A DNA stretch of 44,587 nucleotides. It comes from Ignavibacteriales bacterium (GTDB lineage Bacteria; Bacteroidota; Ignavibacteria; UBA10030; UBA6906). The notes under the pieces were generated by a model, which was given only the letters and a program-made list of their open reading frames with translations, was not told the origin of the DNA and made no database searches. Location: the NCBI GenBank assembly GCA_037441705.1, contig JBBIRR010000034.1, positions 1 to 44,587 on the forward strand. Direction: 5' to 3'. The translations under genes were made by a program, and so were the position numbers. The first letter of the stretch is position 1; each line of letters begins with the position of its first letter. Shown one piece after another: positions 29,470-38,474 of this stretch.

Positions 29470-29925
29470 ATGAGTGAACAGCCGACAAATCCTCTCGAAC
29501 AAACGAAGCGAGATTTTCTCAAGTACATTCTGGGCGGCGGATTCGTGGCCTGGGCTGCGTCGGTCCTCTACCCGCTGCTTGCGTACCTGAAGCCGCCCAA
29601 GCAAGCTGAAGTCGAGGTCACGAGCGTCAAGGTTGGAAAACTGTCCGCCATTGAGAAGGATAGCGGCACGATCATTCGGTTCGGCAACAAGCCGGTGATT
29701 GTGGTGCGCTCTGCGAACGGCGAGGTGCGGGCATTTTCCGCAACATGCACGCATCTGGATTGTACGGTCCAGTACCGGAAGGATATGGGCTTGATCTGGT
29801 GTGCATGCCACAACGGCAAGTACGATCTCAACGGCCGCAATGTCGGTGGTCCGCCTCCGCGCCCGTTGGATGAATACCGGGTCGTGCTTCAGGGTGAAGA
29901 CGTTCTCATTTCCAAAAAATCATGA
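29470..29925 (+). CDS. Rieske [2Fe-2S] subunit of a bc-type complex
   Basis: KRDFL Tat-like anchor; CTHLDC and CACHNG boxes; GPPPRPL. Confidence 0.93.
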   Translation: MSEQPTNPLEQTKRDFLKYILGGGFVAWAASVLYPLLAYLKPPKQAEVEVTSVKVGKLSAIEKDSGTIIRFGNKPVIVVRSANGEVRAFSATCTHLDCTVQYRKDMGLIWCACHNGKYDLNGRNVGGPPPRPLDEYRVVLQGEDVLISKKS

Positions 29926-31001
29926 CAACACTCGCAAAAAAACTCTACGCCTGGGTTGACGAGCGTGTGCAGCTCGAAAGTCTCGTCCAGTTCATGGGAA
30001 AAAAGTACGTGCCCTTGCATCGGCACTCGGTGTGGTACTATTTCGGCGGCGTGACGCTGTTCCTGTTTCTCATTCAGGTGGTGACGGGCATCCTGCTGCT
30101 GCTCTATTACAAGAGCGGCGAGGAATTGGCATTCGAGAGTATTCATTTCATCATGTCGAAAGTGCAGTTCGGATGGTTGATCCGTTCGATTCACAGTTGG
30201 GCGGCGAACCTGTTCATCCTCGCGGCGATGGTTCACATGTTCAGTGTCTACTTCGAGAAAGCCTACCGCAAGCCGCGCGAGCTGACGTGGCTTACCGGCA
30301 TGCTGATGTTGTTCCTCGGCCTGGGCTTCGGGTTCAGCGGGTATCTCCTGCCGTGGAATGAGCTTGCCTTTTTTGCGACGAAAGTCGGAACCGACATCGC
30401 CGGTGTCGTGCCGATCATCGGGAAGCCCTTGATGATCTTTCTTCGCGGCGGCGAGGACGTGACGGGCGCGACGCTGTCCCGGTTCTTCGGGTTCCATGTT
30501 GCCGTCTTTCCCGGCCTCTTCACCCTGTTGCTGGGGATACACCTGATTCTTGTGCAGCGCCAGGGGATGAGCGAGCCGTTGGGGATGGAGGACGCTCCAC
30601 CTGCAGAGCGAAAAGCCATGCCCTTCTTTCCAAACTTTCTTTTGAGAGATCTGTTGTTGTGGTTGATTGTGCTGAACGTGTTGGCGATTCTTGCCGTCTT
30701 CTTTCCGTGGGAGTTAGGAAAGAAAGCCGATCCGTTTGCGCCGGCCCCGGCAGGCATCAAACCGGAGTGGTATTTTCTGTTCATGTTTCAAACGCTCAAA
30801 TTCCTTCCAGCTCATATCCTCTTTATTGATGGAGAGGTGTTGGGCGTGTTGCTCTTCGGCATCGCCGGCGCCCTCTGGATGCTGGTGCCGTTCTGGGACA
30901 GAAGAAGCTCGCGCGGCCAGCAGAATCGAACCATCACCTACATCGGTATTTTTGTGGTTGCCTACATCATCGTTCTGACCATACTCGGATGGGTGCTCTG
31001 A
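29922..31001 (+). CDS. Cytochrome b of the Rieske/cytb complex (b6 and subunit IV-like regions in one chain)
   Basis: [26 protein letters not shown]-x14-H and PEWY motif. Confidence 0.93.
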   Translation: MTTLAKKLYAWVDERVQLESLVQFMGKKYVPLHRHSVWYYFGGVTLFLFLIQVVTGILLLLYYKSGEELAFESIHFIMSKVQFGWLIRSIHSWAANLFILAAMVHMFSVYFEKAYRKPRELTWLTGMLMLFLGLGFGFSGYLLPWNELAFFATKVGTDIAGVVPIIGKPLMIFLRGGEDVTGATLSRFFGFHVAVFPGLFTLLLGIHLILVQRQGMSEPLGMEDAPPAERKAMPFFPNFLLRDLLLWLIVLNVLAILAVFFPWELGKKADPFAPAPAGIKPEWYFLFMFQTLKFLPAHILFIDGEVLGVLLFGIAGALWMLVPFWDRRSSRGQQNRTITYIGIFVVAYIIVLTILGWVL

Positions 31002-32497
31002 TGCGAACCTGGCTCGCTATACTTGTTTTGTCGGCAACGCTTTGTCTCGCGGGAGAAATCACGCTCGGCAGAGATAAATGCTTCGAGTGTCATGACGCGC
31101 TGGGCGATAAACCCTCCACACTGTTCAAGCGCGACGTGCATTTTGCCAAAGGCATTTCGTGCGCCGGCTGTCATGGAGGTGATCCGAAGGCCGAGGACAC
31201 GGAGCAGGCGATGAACAAAGCCGCGGGCTTCATCGGCGTACCGCGCGGCGATGAAATCTCCGAGCGTTGCGCGTCGTGCCACTCCGATTCGACCAAGATG
31301 CGTCGGTATGGATCGGAACTTTCTACCAATCAATGGGAACTGTTGCAGACGAGCGTGCACGGCAAGCTGGCCATCACCGGCAAAGAACACATTGCGCAAT
31401 GCACAACCTGCCATAATGCGCACGGGATCGTTTCCGTGAAGAGCCCCGCCTCACCGGTGTATCCTCTCAATGTCGTTAAGACGTGCGCTGCCTGCCATGC
31501 CAATGCTACGTACATGCGAACATATAATCCCTCTTTGCCCGTTGATCAGCTCGACAAGTATCGGACGAGCGTGCATGGGATGCGCAACGCCAAAGGCGAC
31601 CCGAAGGTCGCCGAATGTGCAAGCTGCCACGGGAATCACGATATCCGCTCGGCGAAAGATGTGAAGTCGAGTGTGTATCCGACAAATATCCCTGCGACAT
31701 GCAGCCGATGTCATAGCGATGCCGCGTATATGAAGGCATACAACATTCCCACGGATCAATACGAGAAGTTTACCAAGAGCGTGCATGGCGTTGCGTTGCT
31801 GCAGAAGAAAGACGTGGGGGCACCGTCGTGCAACGACTGTCACGGCAACCACGGGGCAACGCCGCCGGGCGTCGAGTCCATCTCCAAAGTCTGCGGGACG
31901 TGTCATGCGCTGAACGCGGACTTGTTCTCTACCAGTCCGCACAAGCAGGCATTCGATGCGCTGAAGCTTCCCGAGTGCGAAACCTGCCACGGCAATCATG
32001 AAATCGTTGCTGCCACGAACGAGCTTCTGGGAACTGCGCCCGAGGCGGTCTGCAGTCGCTGTCACAGTTCTACCGAGCGCCCGAAAGGCTTTGCTGCGGC
32101 GGCAACGATGCGCCGTCTGACGGATAGCCTCGAAGCGTCGGAGGCGCATGCACGCTCGCTCATCGAGGAGGCGGAACAAAAAGGAATGGAGGTGAGTGAG
32201 GCGAAGTTCAAATTGCGCGATGCGCGGCAAGCGCGGTTAGAAGCGCGCACGATGGTGCACGCGTTCAGTGAGGAGAAGTTCCGCGAGACCATCGGCAAAG
32301 GCCTGGTCACGGCGGCGTTCGTGGCGGCTGAAGCGCGCGCCGCGATTGATGAATATTTCTTCCGCCGCATCGGGCTGGGGATTTCCACCTTGATTATTAC
32401 GGTTCTTGTGGTTTCCTTGTACGTGTTCATTCGACGCCTGGAGCGTCGACAGCAGGAGGCAAAGAACGTCGTCCAATCCACCAAACCTCTCACATGA
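31001..32497 (+). CDS. 11-heme cytochrome c with C-terminal TM anchor (acceptor subunit of the Rieske/cytb complex)
   Basis: Signal peptide, 11 CxxCH counted, helical stalk and C-terminal TM helix; TGATG overlap with cytochrome b. Confidence 0.88.
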   Translation: MRTWLAILVLSATLCLAGEITLGRDKCFECHDALGDKPSTLFKRDVHFAKGISCAGCHGGDPKAEDTEQAMNKAAGFIGVPRGDEISERCASCHSDSTKMRRYGSELSTNQWELLQTSVHGKLAITGKEHIAQCTTCHNAHGIVSVKSPASPVYPLNVVKTCAACHANATYMRTYNPSLPVDQLDKYRTSVHGMRNAKGDPKVAECASCHGNHDIRSAKDVKSSVYPTNIPATCSRCHSDAAYMKAYNIPTDQYEKFTKSVHGVALLQKKDVGAPSCNDCHGNHGATPPGVESISKVCGTCHALNADLFSTSPHKQAFDALKLPECETCHGNHEIVAATNELLGTAPEAVCSRCHSSTERPKGFAAAATMRRLTDSLEASEAHARSLIEEAEQKGMEVSEAKFKLRDARQARLEARTMVHAFSEEKFRETIGKGLVTAAFVAAEARAAIDEYFFRRIGLGISTLIITVLVVSLYVFIRRLERRQQEAKNVVQSTKPLT

Positions 32498-32511
32498 AAA
32501 GGAGAATACCA

Positions 32512-33051
32512 ATGAGTAAGCTACGCGCTGCAATTCTCGGATTGATTCCTCTTCTTCTGCTTGCTTTCACGGCACAGGCGCAGAACAAGTTCACCGGTTC
32601 GAAGTTCTGCGCGGCATGCCATAAGGCAGGAAAAGGGGGAACGTCCTATGCAGTATGGGAGAAAACCGCTCACGCCAACGCGTACAAAACGCTGCTGGGT
32701 GAGGAGGCAAAAAAGATTGCCAAAGAAAAAGGGCTGACCGTTGCGCCGAACGAGGCGCCCGAATGCCTGAAGTGCCACGTCACCGGCGGCGGAACGGCGA
32801 AGAATGTTGAAGCGTCGTTCAAGAAGGAAGAAGGCGTGGGCTGCGAATCCTGCCACGGGGCAGCATCGGGCTACAAGATGATTCACAGCAAAGGTGACAA
32901 AGCCAAGAACAAAGAGGCAGGCATGATCATCCCGGCCAAGGATGAGAAGCTCTGCGTTACCTGCCACAACGATCAAAGCCCGACATTCAAGGGATTCAAG
33001 TTCGCCGAGGCGTGGCCCAAGATCGAGCATGCCAAGCCGGCAAAGAAGTAG
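32512..33051 (+). CDS. Soluble periplasmic tetraheme cytochrome (c554-like family)
   Basis: Signal peptide ending AQA; FTGSKFCAACH, W..TAHANAY, CLKCHVTG, GVGCESCHG and CVTCH; AAGGAG RBS. Confidence 0.85.
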   Translation: MSKLRAAILGLIPLLLLAFTAQAQNKFTGSKFCAACHKAGKGGTSYAVWEKTAHANAYKTLLGEEAKKIAKEKGLTVAPNEAPECLKCHVTGGGTAKNVEASFKKEEGVGCESCHGAASGYKMIHSKGDKAKNKEAGMIIPAKDEKLCVTCHNDQSPTFKGFKFAEAWPKIEHAKPAKK

Positions 33052-33140
33052 TACGAATTCAACAACATTCGGCGGCAGGTCTCGTTGAATCTTGGGCTGA
33101 GCAACCTGCCGCTGCTGATACCATCGTTGCGGTTCGTTGC

Positions 33141-33187
33141 TTCCCATTTGTCGGAATAGCAACGTGCCGTTCTCTTACAATTAGGAA
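33141..33187. promoter_or_regulatory. Second tandem copy of the 7-2-7 operator, upstream of the porin-cytochrome genes
   Basis: TTCCCAT-TT-GTCGGAA (33141) and CTCTTAC-AA-TTAGGAA (33172), 31-bp period; the latter shares TACAATTAGGAA exactly with 18738-18749. Confidence 0.55.
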
Positions 33188-33316
33188 ACCTGCGTGTCGC
33201 AAGGCGGACACGATCCGCGTTCCCGTTGCATTTTTCATCTCTATCCCACCCCACCTCGTGGCACACAGGGTGCCGAACCGTTATCGGGTTGTCTGTCACA
33301 ATTCATAGAGACCGCT

Positions 33317-34603
33317 ATGAACAAGCTTACTCGAATCCTCTTCGCATGCGCCGTAGCTGCGGGGGTTTCCCCAACACTCTCGTTCTCGCAGCTCATCAAC
33401 GGGCGATTGATCGGCTCGTTCTACACGTTTGAAAAGTTCGATACCGTTGGCGTTTCCAAGAAATTCGTTCGTGGTTTCCAATCGGCGCTGTTCGATGTTG
33501 CATATGCGGACTTCAGCATTCACACGCATTTCCAGGTTGCGGGCAATCTGCAATCGAAGCTCGATGAGGTTCCGGACTACCGCTTCTATTACCTCTATGC
33601 AAAGTGGAAGAACATTCTTGATGTTGCGGAGTTTTCATTTGGGAGGATGCCGTACTTCGCCGGTGTCGGCAACGGAACACTCGATGGGGGCCTGCTGAAG
33701 TTCTGGTGTCCCGAGAACAGGTTCAAGCTCACGCTCTACGGCGGACAGACCACGCCGTTGGAGTATGAGCTGAAAGATTGGAAGAAGCTGAAAAACAATT
33801 TCACGGTTGGAGGCCAGCTTCTCATCAACGCCATTGATAACGCGCGCATCGGCATCAGCTATGTGAATCGCCATCGCGAGCGGACGGGCTACTGGGCCAC
33901 ACGCGAAGACTCGCTGCTCAATCCCGTCCAGGTGTACGTCGTTCCGACCGTCGCGCAGGAGCAATACCTCAGCGGTGATGTCTCCTATCGGTACGAACGG
34001 CTCACCGCGTACGGACGGTACGATTACGATCTGAACTTCAAGAAAACGCAGCGCGGGCAGCTCGGCGTCCGTCTCGGTGTGATGGATGATCTCCATGTCA
34101 GCGCCGATTACATTCACCGCGAGCCGCGCGTCCTGTTCAATTCTTTCTTTTCTCTCTTCGATCTAAAAGCTGTGGATGAATTCGAGCTGGGGGCAGATTA
34201 TATGGTGACGCCTGAGTATCGAGCGTTTGCACGCGTGGCGTATGTGAAGTACTCGGGCGACAACAGCGTTCGCTATACCGCAGGTCTTGCCCATCGTTTT
34301 GTCGGACTGACCTATCGTGGAAGCTCCGGCTACGCGGGCGAGCTGACCAACCTCAGTCTGCAAGCCTTCTATCCTTTCATGGACAATATGCTGGTTCCAT
34401 CGTTGGGACTTGCCTATGTTTCGTACAAGTTCGACGCGTCCAGCGCGCGAGAGGATGGGTTTGCCGGAACGCTGGGTGCATCCGTGCGGCCGTTGCAGCA
34501 GCTGTCGTTCGATCTCCAGGGTCAGTATTTGACCAACAGAGTGGTGAAGAGCGACCTGCGGCTGTTCGGCAAAGTCAATTTCTGGTTTACCGAGCAATGG
34601 TAG
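33317..34603 (+). CDS. Outer-membrane beta-barrel porin of a porin-cytochrome conduit
   Basis: Signal peptide; alternating aromatic/polar strands throughout; C-terminal aromatic end (VNFWFTEQW); no heme motif; lies between multiheme genes. Confidence 0.75.
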   Translation: MNKLTRILFACAVAAGVSPTLSFSQLINGRLIGSFYTFEKFDTVGVSKKFVRGFQSALFDVAYADFSIHTHFQVAGNLQSKLDEVPDYRFYYLYAKWKNILDVAEFSFGRMPYFAGVGNGTLDGGLLKFWCPENRFKLTLYGGQTTPLEYELKDWKKLKNNFTVGGQLLINAIDNARIGISYVNRHRERTGYWATREDSLLNPVQVYVVPTVAQEQYLSGDVSYRYERLTAYGRYDYDLNFKKTQRGQLGVRLGVMDDLHVSADYIHREPRVLFNSFFSLFDLKAVDEFELGADYMVTPEYRAFARVAYVKYSGDNSVRYTAGLAHRFVGLTYRGSSGYAGELTNLSLQAFYPFMDNMLVPSLGLAYVSYKFDASSAREDGFAGTLGASVRPLQQLSFDLQGQYLTNRVVKSDLRLFGKVNFWFTEQW

Positions 34604-34649
34604 TCTTCTGTCGTTGAGCTCTCGTCATTAGACAGAAAAGGAATCTTCT

Positions 34650-35738
34650 ATGATACGTCGATCTGTAATACTCATGGGGATGCTTGCGGTCGGCATCGGA
34701 GCCGTGCTGATGTACGTTGACGCGCCGCTGCAAGCAGAAGGAACGCCGGGGGCTGCGGCAACGGCAGGCAATCCGACGCTGAAGTTCTCGCACAAATTCC
34801 ACATCACGGAAGCGGGTGTAACGGATTGTGCAACCTGCCACGCCGCGGCGAAGACGAGCACACGCTCGTCCGACCACCTTGCAGCCAACCACGATGCATG
34901 CGTGAGCTGCCACGAAGAACAGGTGAACGACGCAACGCAGGCGCAGTGCATCTACTGTCACACCGATCCTGCCAACATCCAGGCGGCACCGCCGACGAAG
35001 CGCGAGCTATTCTTCTCGCATGGGCAGCATCTTGCATTGACCGATGTGGAATGTACAACCTGCCATGCCGGTGTGGAAAAGGTAGATCAGGTGACGGCGG
35101 CAAACATGCCGGCGATGACGACCTGCACCACCTGCCACAACGACCAAAAGGCGACCAGCACGTGCGAGTCATGTCACACGAATTTCGCAACGCTGCTGCC
35201 GGTGGATCATCAGCGCTCGGATTTCGTTCGCAACCATCGCGATCTCACGCGGCTCGGCGGATTGACGACAGATTGCCAGACCTGCCACACGGAGACGTTC
35301 TGCCAGCAGTGTCACCTTCAGGCGGAGGTGAAGTCGTATTCGTACGGCAGGCAGCGCGATCTGACCACGGAGCCTGCGCACAAAACGTCGACCAAAGACT
35401 CTCCGAAACAAACGCTTCTGCAGAATGTACACGAGCTGAACTATCGGTTCACGCACGGCATTGATGCGAAAGCACGCCAGGCGGAATGCCAGTCGTGCCA
35501 CGCGGTGCAGACATTCTGCGCGGAGTGCCACAATGCAGGCGGCAACATTACGCAGATCAAATTCAAACCGGCCTCGCATTCGGTTCCCGGCTTCACGACA
35601 CTGGGTCGGGGATCGGGCGGCGGTTTGCATGCCGAGGAGGCGCGGCGCGATATGGAAAGCTGCATTGCCTGCCACGACGTCGAGGGTCAGGATCCGACAT
35701 GCATGACGTGCCATCTCGACAATGGCCGCGTTCGGTAG
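34650..35738 (+). CDS. Periplasmic dodecaheme cytochrome c (c3/c7-like FSH repeats)
   Basis: N-terminal hydrophobic signal; FSHKFH and FSHGQH motifs; 12 CxxCH counted. Confidence 0.88.
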   Translation: MIRRSVILMGMLAVGIGAVLMYVDAPLQAEGTPGAAATAGNPTLKFSHKFHITEAGVTDCATCHAAAKTSTRSSDHLAANHDACVSCHEEQVNDATQAQCIYCHTDPANIQAAPPTKRELFFSHGQHLALTDVECTTCHAGVEKVDQVTAANMPAMTTCTTCHNDQKATSTCESCHTNFATLLPVDHQRSDFVRNHRDLTRLGGLTTDCQTCHTETFCQQCHLQAEVKSYSYGRQRDLTTEPAHKTSTKDSPKQTLLQNVHELNYRFTHGIDAKARQAECQSCHAVQTFCAECHNAGGNITQIKFKPASHSVPGFTTLGRGSGGGLHAEEARRDMESCIACHDVEGQDPTCMTCHLDNGRVR

Positions 35739-35791
35739 AGTGTATGATCAGAACGAACTATAGACAAGTCGCATCACAAGGAGACATTGCC

Positions 35792-36952
35792 ATGAAGAAA
35801 TCACACACACCCTTTGCCATGCTTGCCGTGCTGGTGGTGACGGCGATCGTGCTGTTCGGTTGCGAAGGTCCGCAGGGGCCGGCCGGGAAAGACGGCAAGG
35901 ATGGCCAGACCGGCGTGCTCAACCTCGAAGGGTTCGCGCCCGGCATCAATTGCGGGAGCTGCCACAATCCCGATATTGATACAACATACTACCTCTGGGC
36001 ACGACGCTATCAGTGGGAGCGCTCGCTGCACGCGTACGGTGGCGACTTAGAACGCAACGGGCCGAATTGCGCGGGCTGCCACACGACCGAGGGTTTCATC
36101 GAGCGATGGAAGAATAATTGGGCGACGCAAGTTGTGGGAGCGAAGGACAACCCCAGCCCGCCCGGATGCTTTGCCTGCCACTCACCGCACTCTCGCGGCA
36201 ATTTCACGCGTCGCGATACCACGCCTGTGACCATAGCCTCCTTCATTCAGGGAGTGCCTGATGCGACGTTCGATTACGGCAACGGCAACATCTGCGTGCG
36301 ATGCCATCAAACCCGTACCGCAAGCCCGATGACGCCAAAGCCCGATCCGACAAAGACCGCGCCGACCGATACCATTACGATCACCTCCAATCGCTGGTAT
36401 CCGCATTATGGTGTGCAGGGACAAATGTTGATGGGAACCGGCGGGTTCCAATTCCAGGGCTACAATTATCGCGGCAACTCCAATCACACAACGAACGCCA
36501 CCATCAGGCAGGAAGGGTGCCCGGCCTGTCACATGGCATCGCAAGTGTATCCGCCCGATCTTGGGACCGGGCGCGGCGGTGGACACACAATGAAGATTCG
36601 CTACTCCTCGGACGAAACAAACTCCGATACACTCTTCGTCCTTTCGGGATGCAATCAAAGCGGCTGCCACGGAGCCGGCGGCTTCACCAAGGCATCGTTG
36701 CTTGCAGCCGAGCAAGCGATCGAGGATTCGCTGCATGCGCTGGAGACGTTGCTCATCCAAAGAGGGTGGCTCACAACGTCCGGCTTGGTCAATGCCAGCA
36801 CGAGTCGTCCGTTGAAGATCGCCCCGGCGGCGAAGGCGGGTGCGTTGTACAACTACCTTTTCATCGAGCACGATGCCAGCCGCGGCATACACAACACGAA
36901 GTACACACAGGATTTGCTCAATTCATCGCTGCAGGCGTTGAGAACACCATGA
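35792..36952 (+). CDS. Lipoprotein multiheme cytochrome c (5 CxxCH + 1 CX4CH) with short collagen-like linker
   Basis: AAGGAG RBS, lipobox LFGC, GPQGPAGKDGKDG; CAGCHTTEGF; CNQSGCH; C-terminal YNY..IEHD.SRGIHN..Y..LL reminiscent of OmcB-type cytochromes. Confidence 0.82.
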   Translation: MKKSHTPFAMLAVLVVTAIVLFGCEGPQGPAGKDGKDGQTGVLNLEGFAPGINCGSCHNPDIDTTYYLWARRYQWERSLHAYGGDLERNGPNCAGCHTTEGFIERWKNNWATQVVGAKDNPSPPGCFACHSPHSRGNFTRRDTTPVTIASFIQGVPDATFDYGNGNICVRCHQTRTASPMTPKPDPTKTAPTDTITITSNRWYPHYGVQGQMLMGTGGFQFQGYNYRGNSNHTTNATIRQEGCPACHMASQVYPPDLGTGRGGGHTMKIRYSSDETNSDTLFVLSGCNQSGCHGAGGFTKASLLAAEQAIEDSLHALETLLIQRGWLTTSGLVNASTSRPLKIAPAAKAGALYNYLFIEHDASRGIHNTKYTQDLLNSSLQALRTP

Positions 36953-36965
36953 CATGGTGACGACT

Positions 36966-38033
36966 ATGAAAGCGTTCATGAGGTTGACACTCATCTTCAT
37001 CGGTACAGCCGCGCTGATCGGCGGCTGTACGAAACTCAAGGACGACTTGCCGCAGCCCATCGAGCCGGGGGCGCAGGTGCATCTGCCAAGCTGGGTGGAC
37101 ACTGCTTCGGCGAACTTTCACGGCAAGGTCCTGAAAACCTCCGCGGTCGATGTGCAGACGTGTCTGGTCTGCCACGGCAGCGATTACAACGGCGGCACAT
37201 CCCGCGTTTCGTGCATCACGTGCCATAACGCCGAAGGCGCGAACATCCACGGTCGTGGATGGGAAGATCCGTCCTCGGCCAACTTTCACGGCAAAGCAAT
37301 TGCTGCTGCGAATTGGGATATGCGTCCGTGCCAGCCCTGCCACGGCACACGGTACACGGGGGGCAGCACGCCTGTTCCGTGCACGACGTGTCATAACCAG
37401 CCAGGCGGACCCGAGAACTGCGCGACATGTCATGGCTCCACGAATCCCGCTCCGCCGCGCGATCTTCATGGCAACACCGCACGCGGCATGCGCGGCGTGG
37501 GAGCGCATCAAGCGCATGTGGCGGGAACGTCCCTCGCAGCCCCGATGTTCTGCCACCAGTGTCACACCGTGCCCGGCGCGATCTACGAGCCGACACATAT
37601 CGATCAGACACCCAACGCGGAAGTTGTGATGTCCGCGCTTGCAAGTACAGTAACCAACGAACCGGGCACCACCACCTACAGCCCGACGCTTCCGTTGTTT
37701 TCTCCCAACCCGACGTATGACGCCGGCACGCTCTCGTGCGCATCCACGTATTGTCACGGCAACTTCAAGAACGGTAACCCGAACTTCGTGCCGAGTTGGA
37801 CGGATACCACCGGGGCGGCAATGGCGTGCGGAACCTGCCACGGCGACGTGACCAAACCGACGCTCGCCGAGAAGGCGCTTCCCAAGACTTCGGCGCAAGG
37901 GGGAACGCATCCCAACGTTCTGACCTGTTCTGCCTGTCATGCCGGCATTGTGGATGCCAATGCACGCATCATTGATCCGGTCAGACATATCAACGGCAAG
38001 TTGAACGCGTTCGGACAGGAGTGGGATTTCTAA
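36966..38033 (+). CDS. Lipoprotein multiheme cytochrome c with CxxxxCH...CxxCH domain (8 CxxCH + 1 CX4CH)
   Basis: Lipobox IGGC; CASTYCHG...W...CGTCHG motif of the Geobacter-type C4xC_C2xCH family; GAHQAH; HING end motif; start 36954 or 36966. Confidence 0.82.
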   Translation: MKAFMRLTLIFIGTAALIGGCTKLKDDLPQPIEPGAQVHLPSWVDTASANFHGKVLKTSAVDVQTCLVCHGSDYNGGTSRVSCITCHNAEGANIHGRGWEDPSSANFHGKAIAAANWDMRPCQPCHGTRYTGGSTPVPCTTCHNQPGGPENCATCHGSTNPAPPRDLHGNTARGMRGVGAHQAHVAGTSLAAPMFCHQCHTVPGAIYEPTHIDQTPNAEVVMSALASTVTNEPGTTTYSPTLPLFSPNPTYDAGTLSCASTYCHGNFKNGNPNFVPSWTDTTGAAMACGTCHGDVTKPTLAEKALPKTSAQGGTHPNVLTCSACHAGIVDANARIIDPVRHINGKLNAFGQEWDF

Positions 38034-38059
38034 GGGAGAGGAACACGTTGCAATGTCGG

Positions 38060-38099
38060 CATGTCCCATTCACGACACGTGAGTGGGACATGTTTTTTT
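38060..38099 (+). terminator. Rho-independent terminator closing the cytochrome cluster
   Basis: CATGTCCCATTCACG-ACA-CGTGAGTGGGACATG 15-bp stem (one G-U pair) followed by T7. Confidence 0.85.
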
Positions 38100-38474
38100 C
38101 AGCGTGGCGGAACAGCGACGCTGTTGAAGAGATCAACACTCTGATCCTGAAACGCAAGAGGTCGCAGGATCGGTTAATAATTATGGGAGGAAGAACTTCC
38201 TCTACGCCTGCGATGCAGAAGTTTCTCCGAAGTGAATGCGTGTACGCATCGTAGGACAGCATGTGTTGCGGGTTCGACACTCACCGGCAAGATCCGTGTG
38301 TCGTTCCCAATTGCAGGTTCCGTTTCCCACGCATGAGAATGAGACGGGCATGAAGAGCGCAATTCACAGGGATTTGACCACCTTTGAAATTGATCCTGCT
38401 GGCATATCTCTTGCGCCTTTCTGCACCGGAACGTTGAACGGTTGTTTGCTACCTTGGAAGGAGGAATCACCGAC

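Noticed and set aside
32512-33051. c554 as evidence of ammonia or hydroxylamine oxidation
   Set aside because: No hao or amo genes nearby; c554-like tetrahemes are widespread electron carriers.
33317-35738. Naming the conduit mtrAB
   Set aside because: The porin is only about 430 aa and the cytochrome has 12 hemes with FSH motifs, unlike decaheme MtrA and the much larger MtrB.
11807-35791. N-terminal extensions in the ORF track (starts 11902, 13489, 15497, 17856, 18819, 19945, 27344, 33194, 35486)
   Set aside because: They overlap neighbouring genes or repeats; downstream ATGs give proper RBS, signal peptides or domain starts.
35792-38033. OmcS/OmcZ-type nanowire call
   Set aside because: Both proteins are lipoproteins and I do not recognise those family signatures; polymerisation cannot be inferred from sequence.
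7092-38069. Long antisense or alternate-frame ORFs (e.g. 7092-8249, 11993-13165, 25728-26702, 36918-38069)
   Set aside because: They are shadows of well-supported genes in GC-rich DNA and have no recognisable motifs.
38262-38290. GGGTTCGAC as a tRNA T-loop
   Set aside because: The flanking bases do not form a T-stem or cloverleaf, and there is no acceptor stem.
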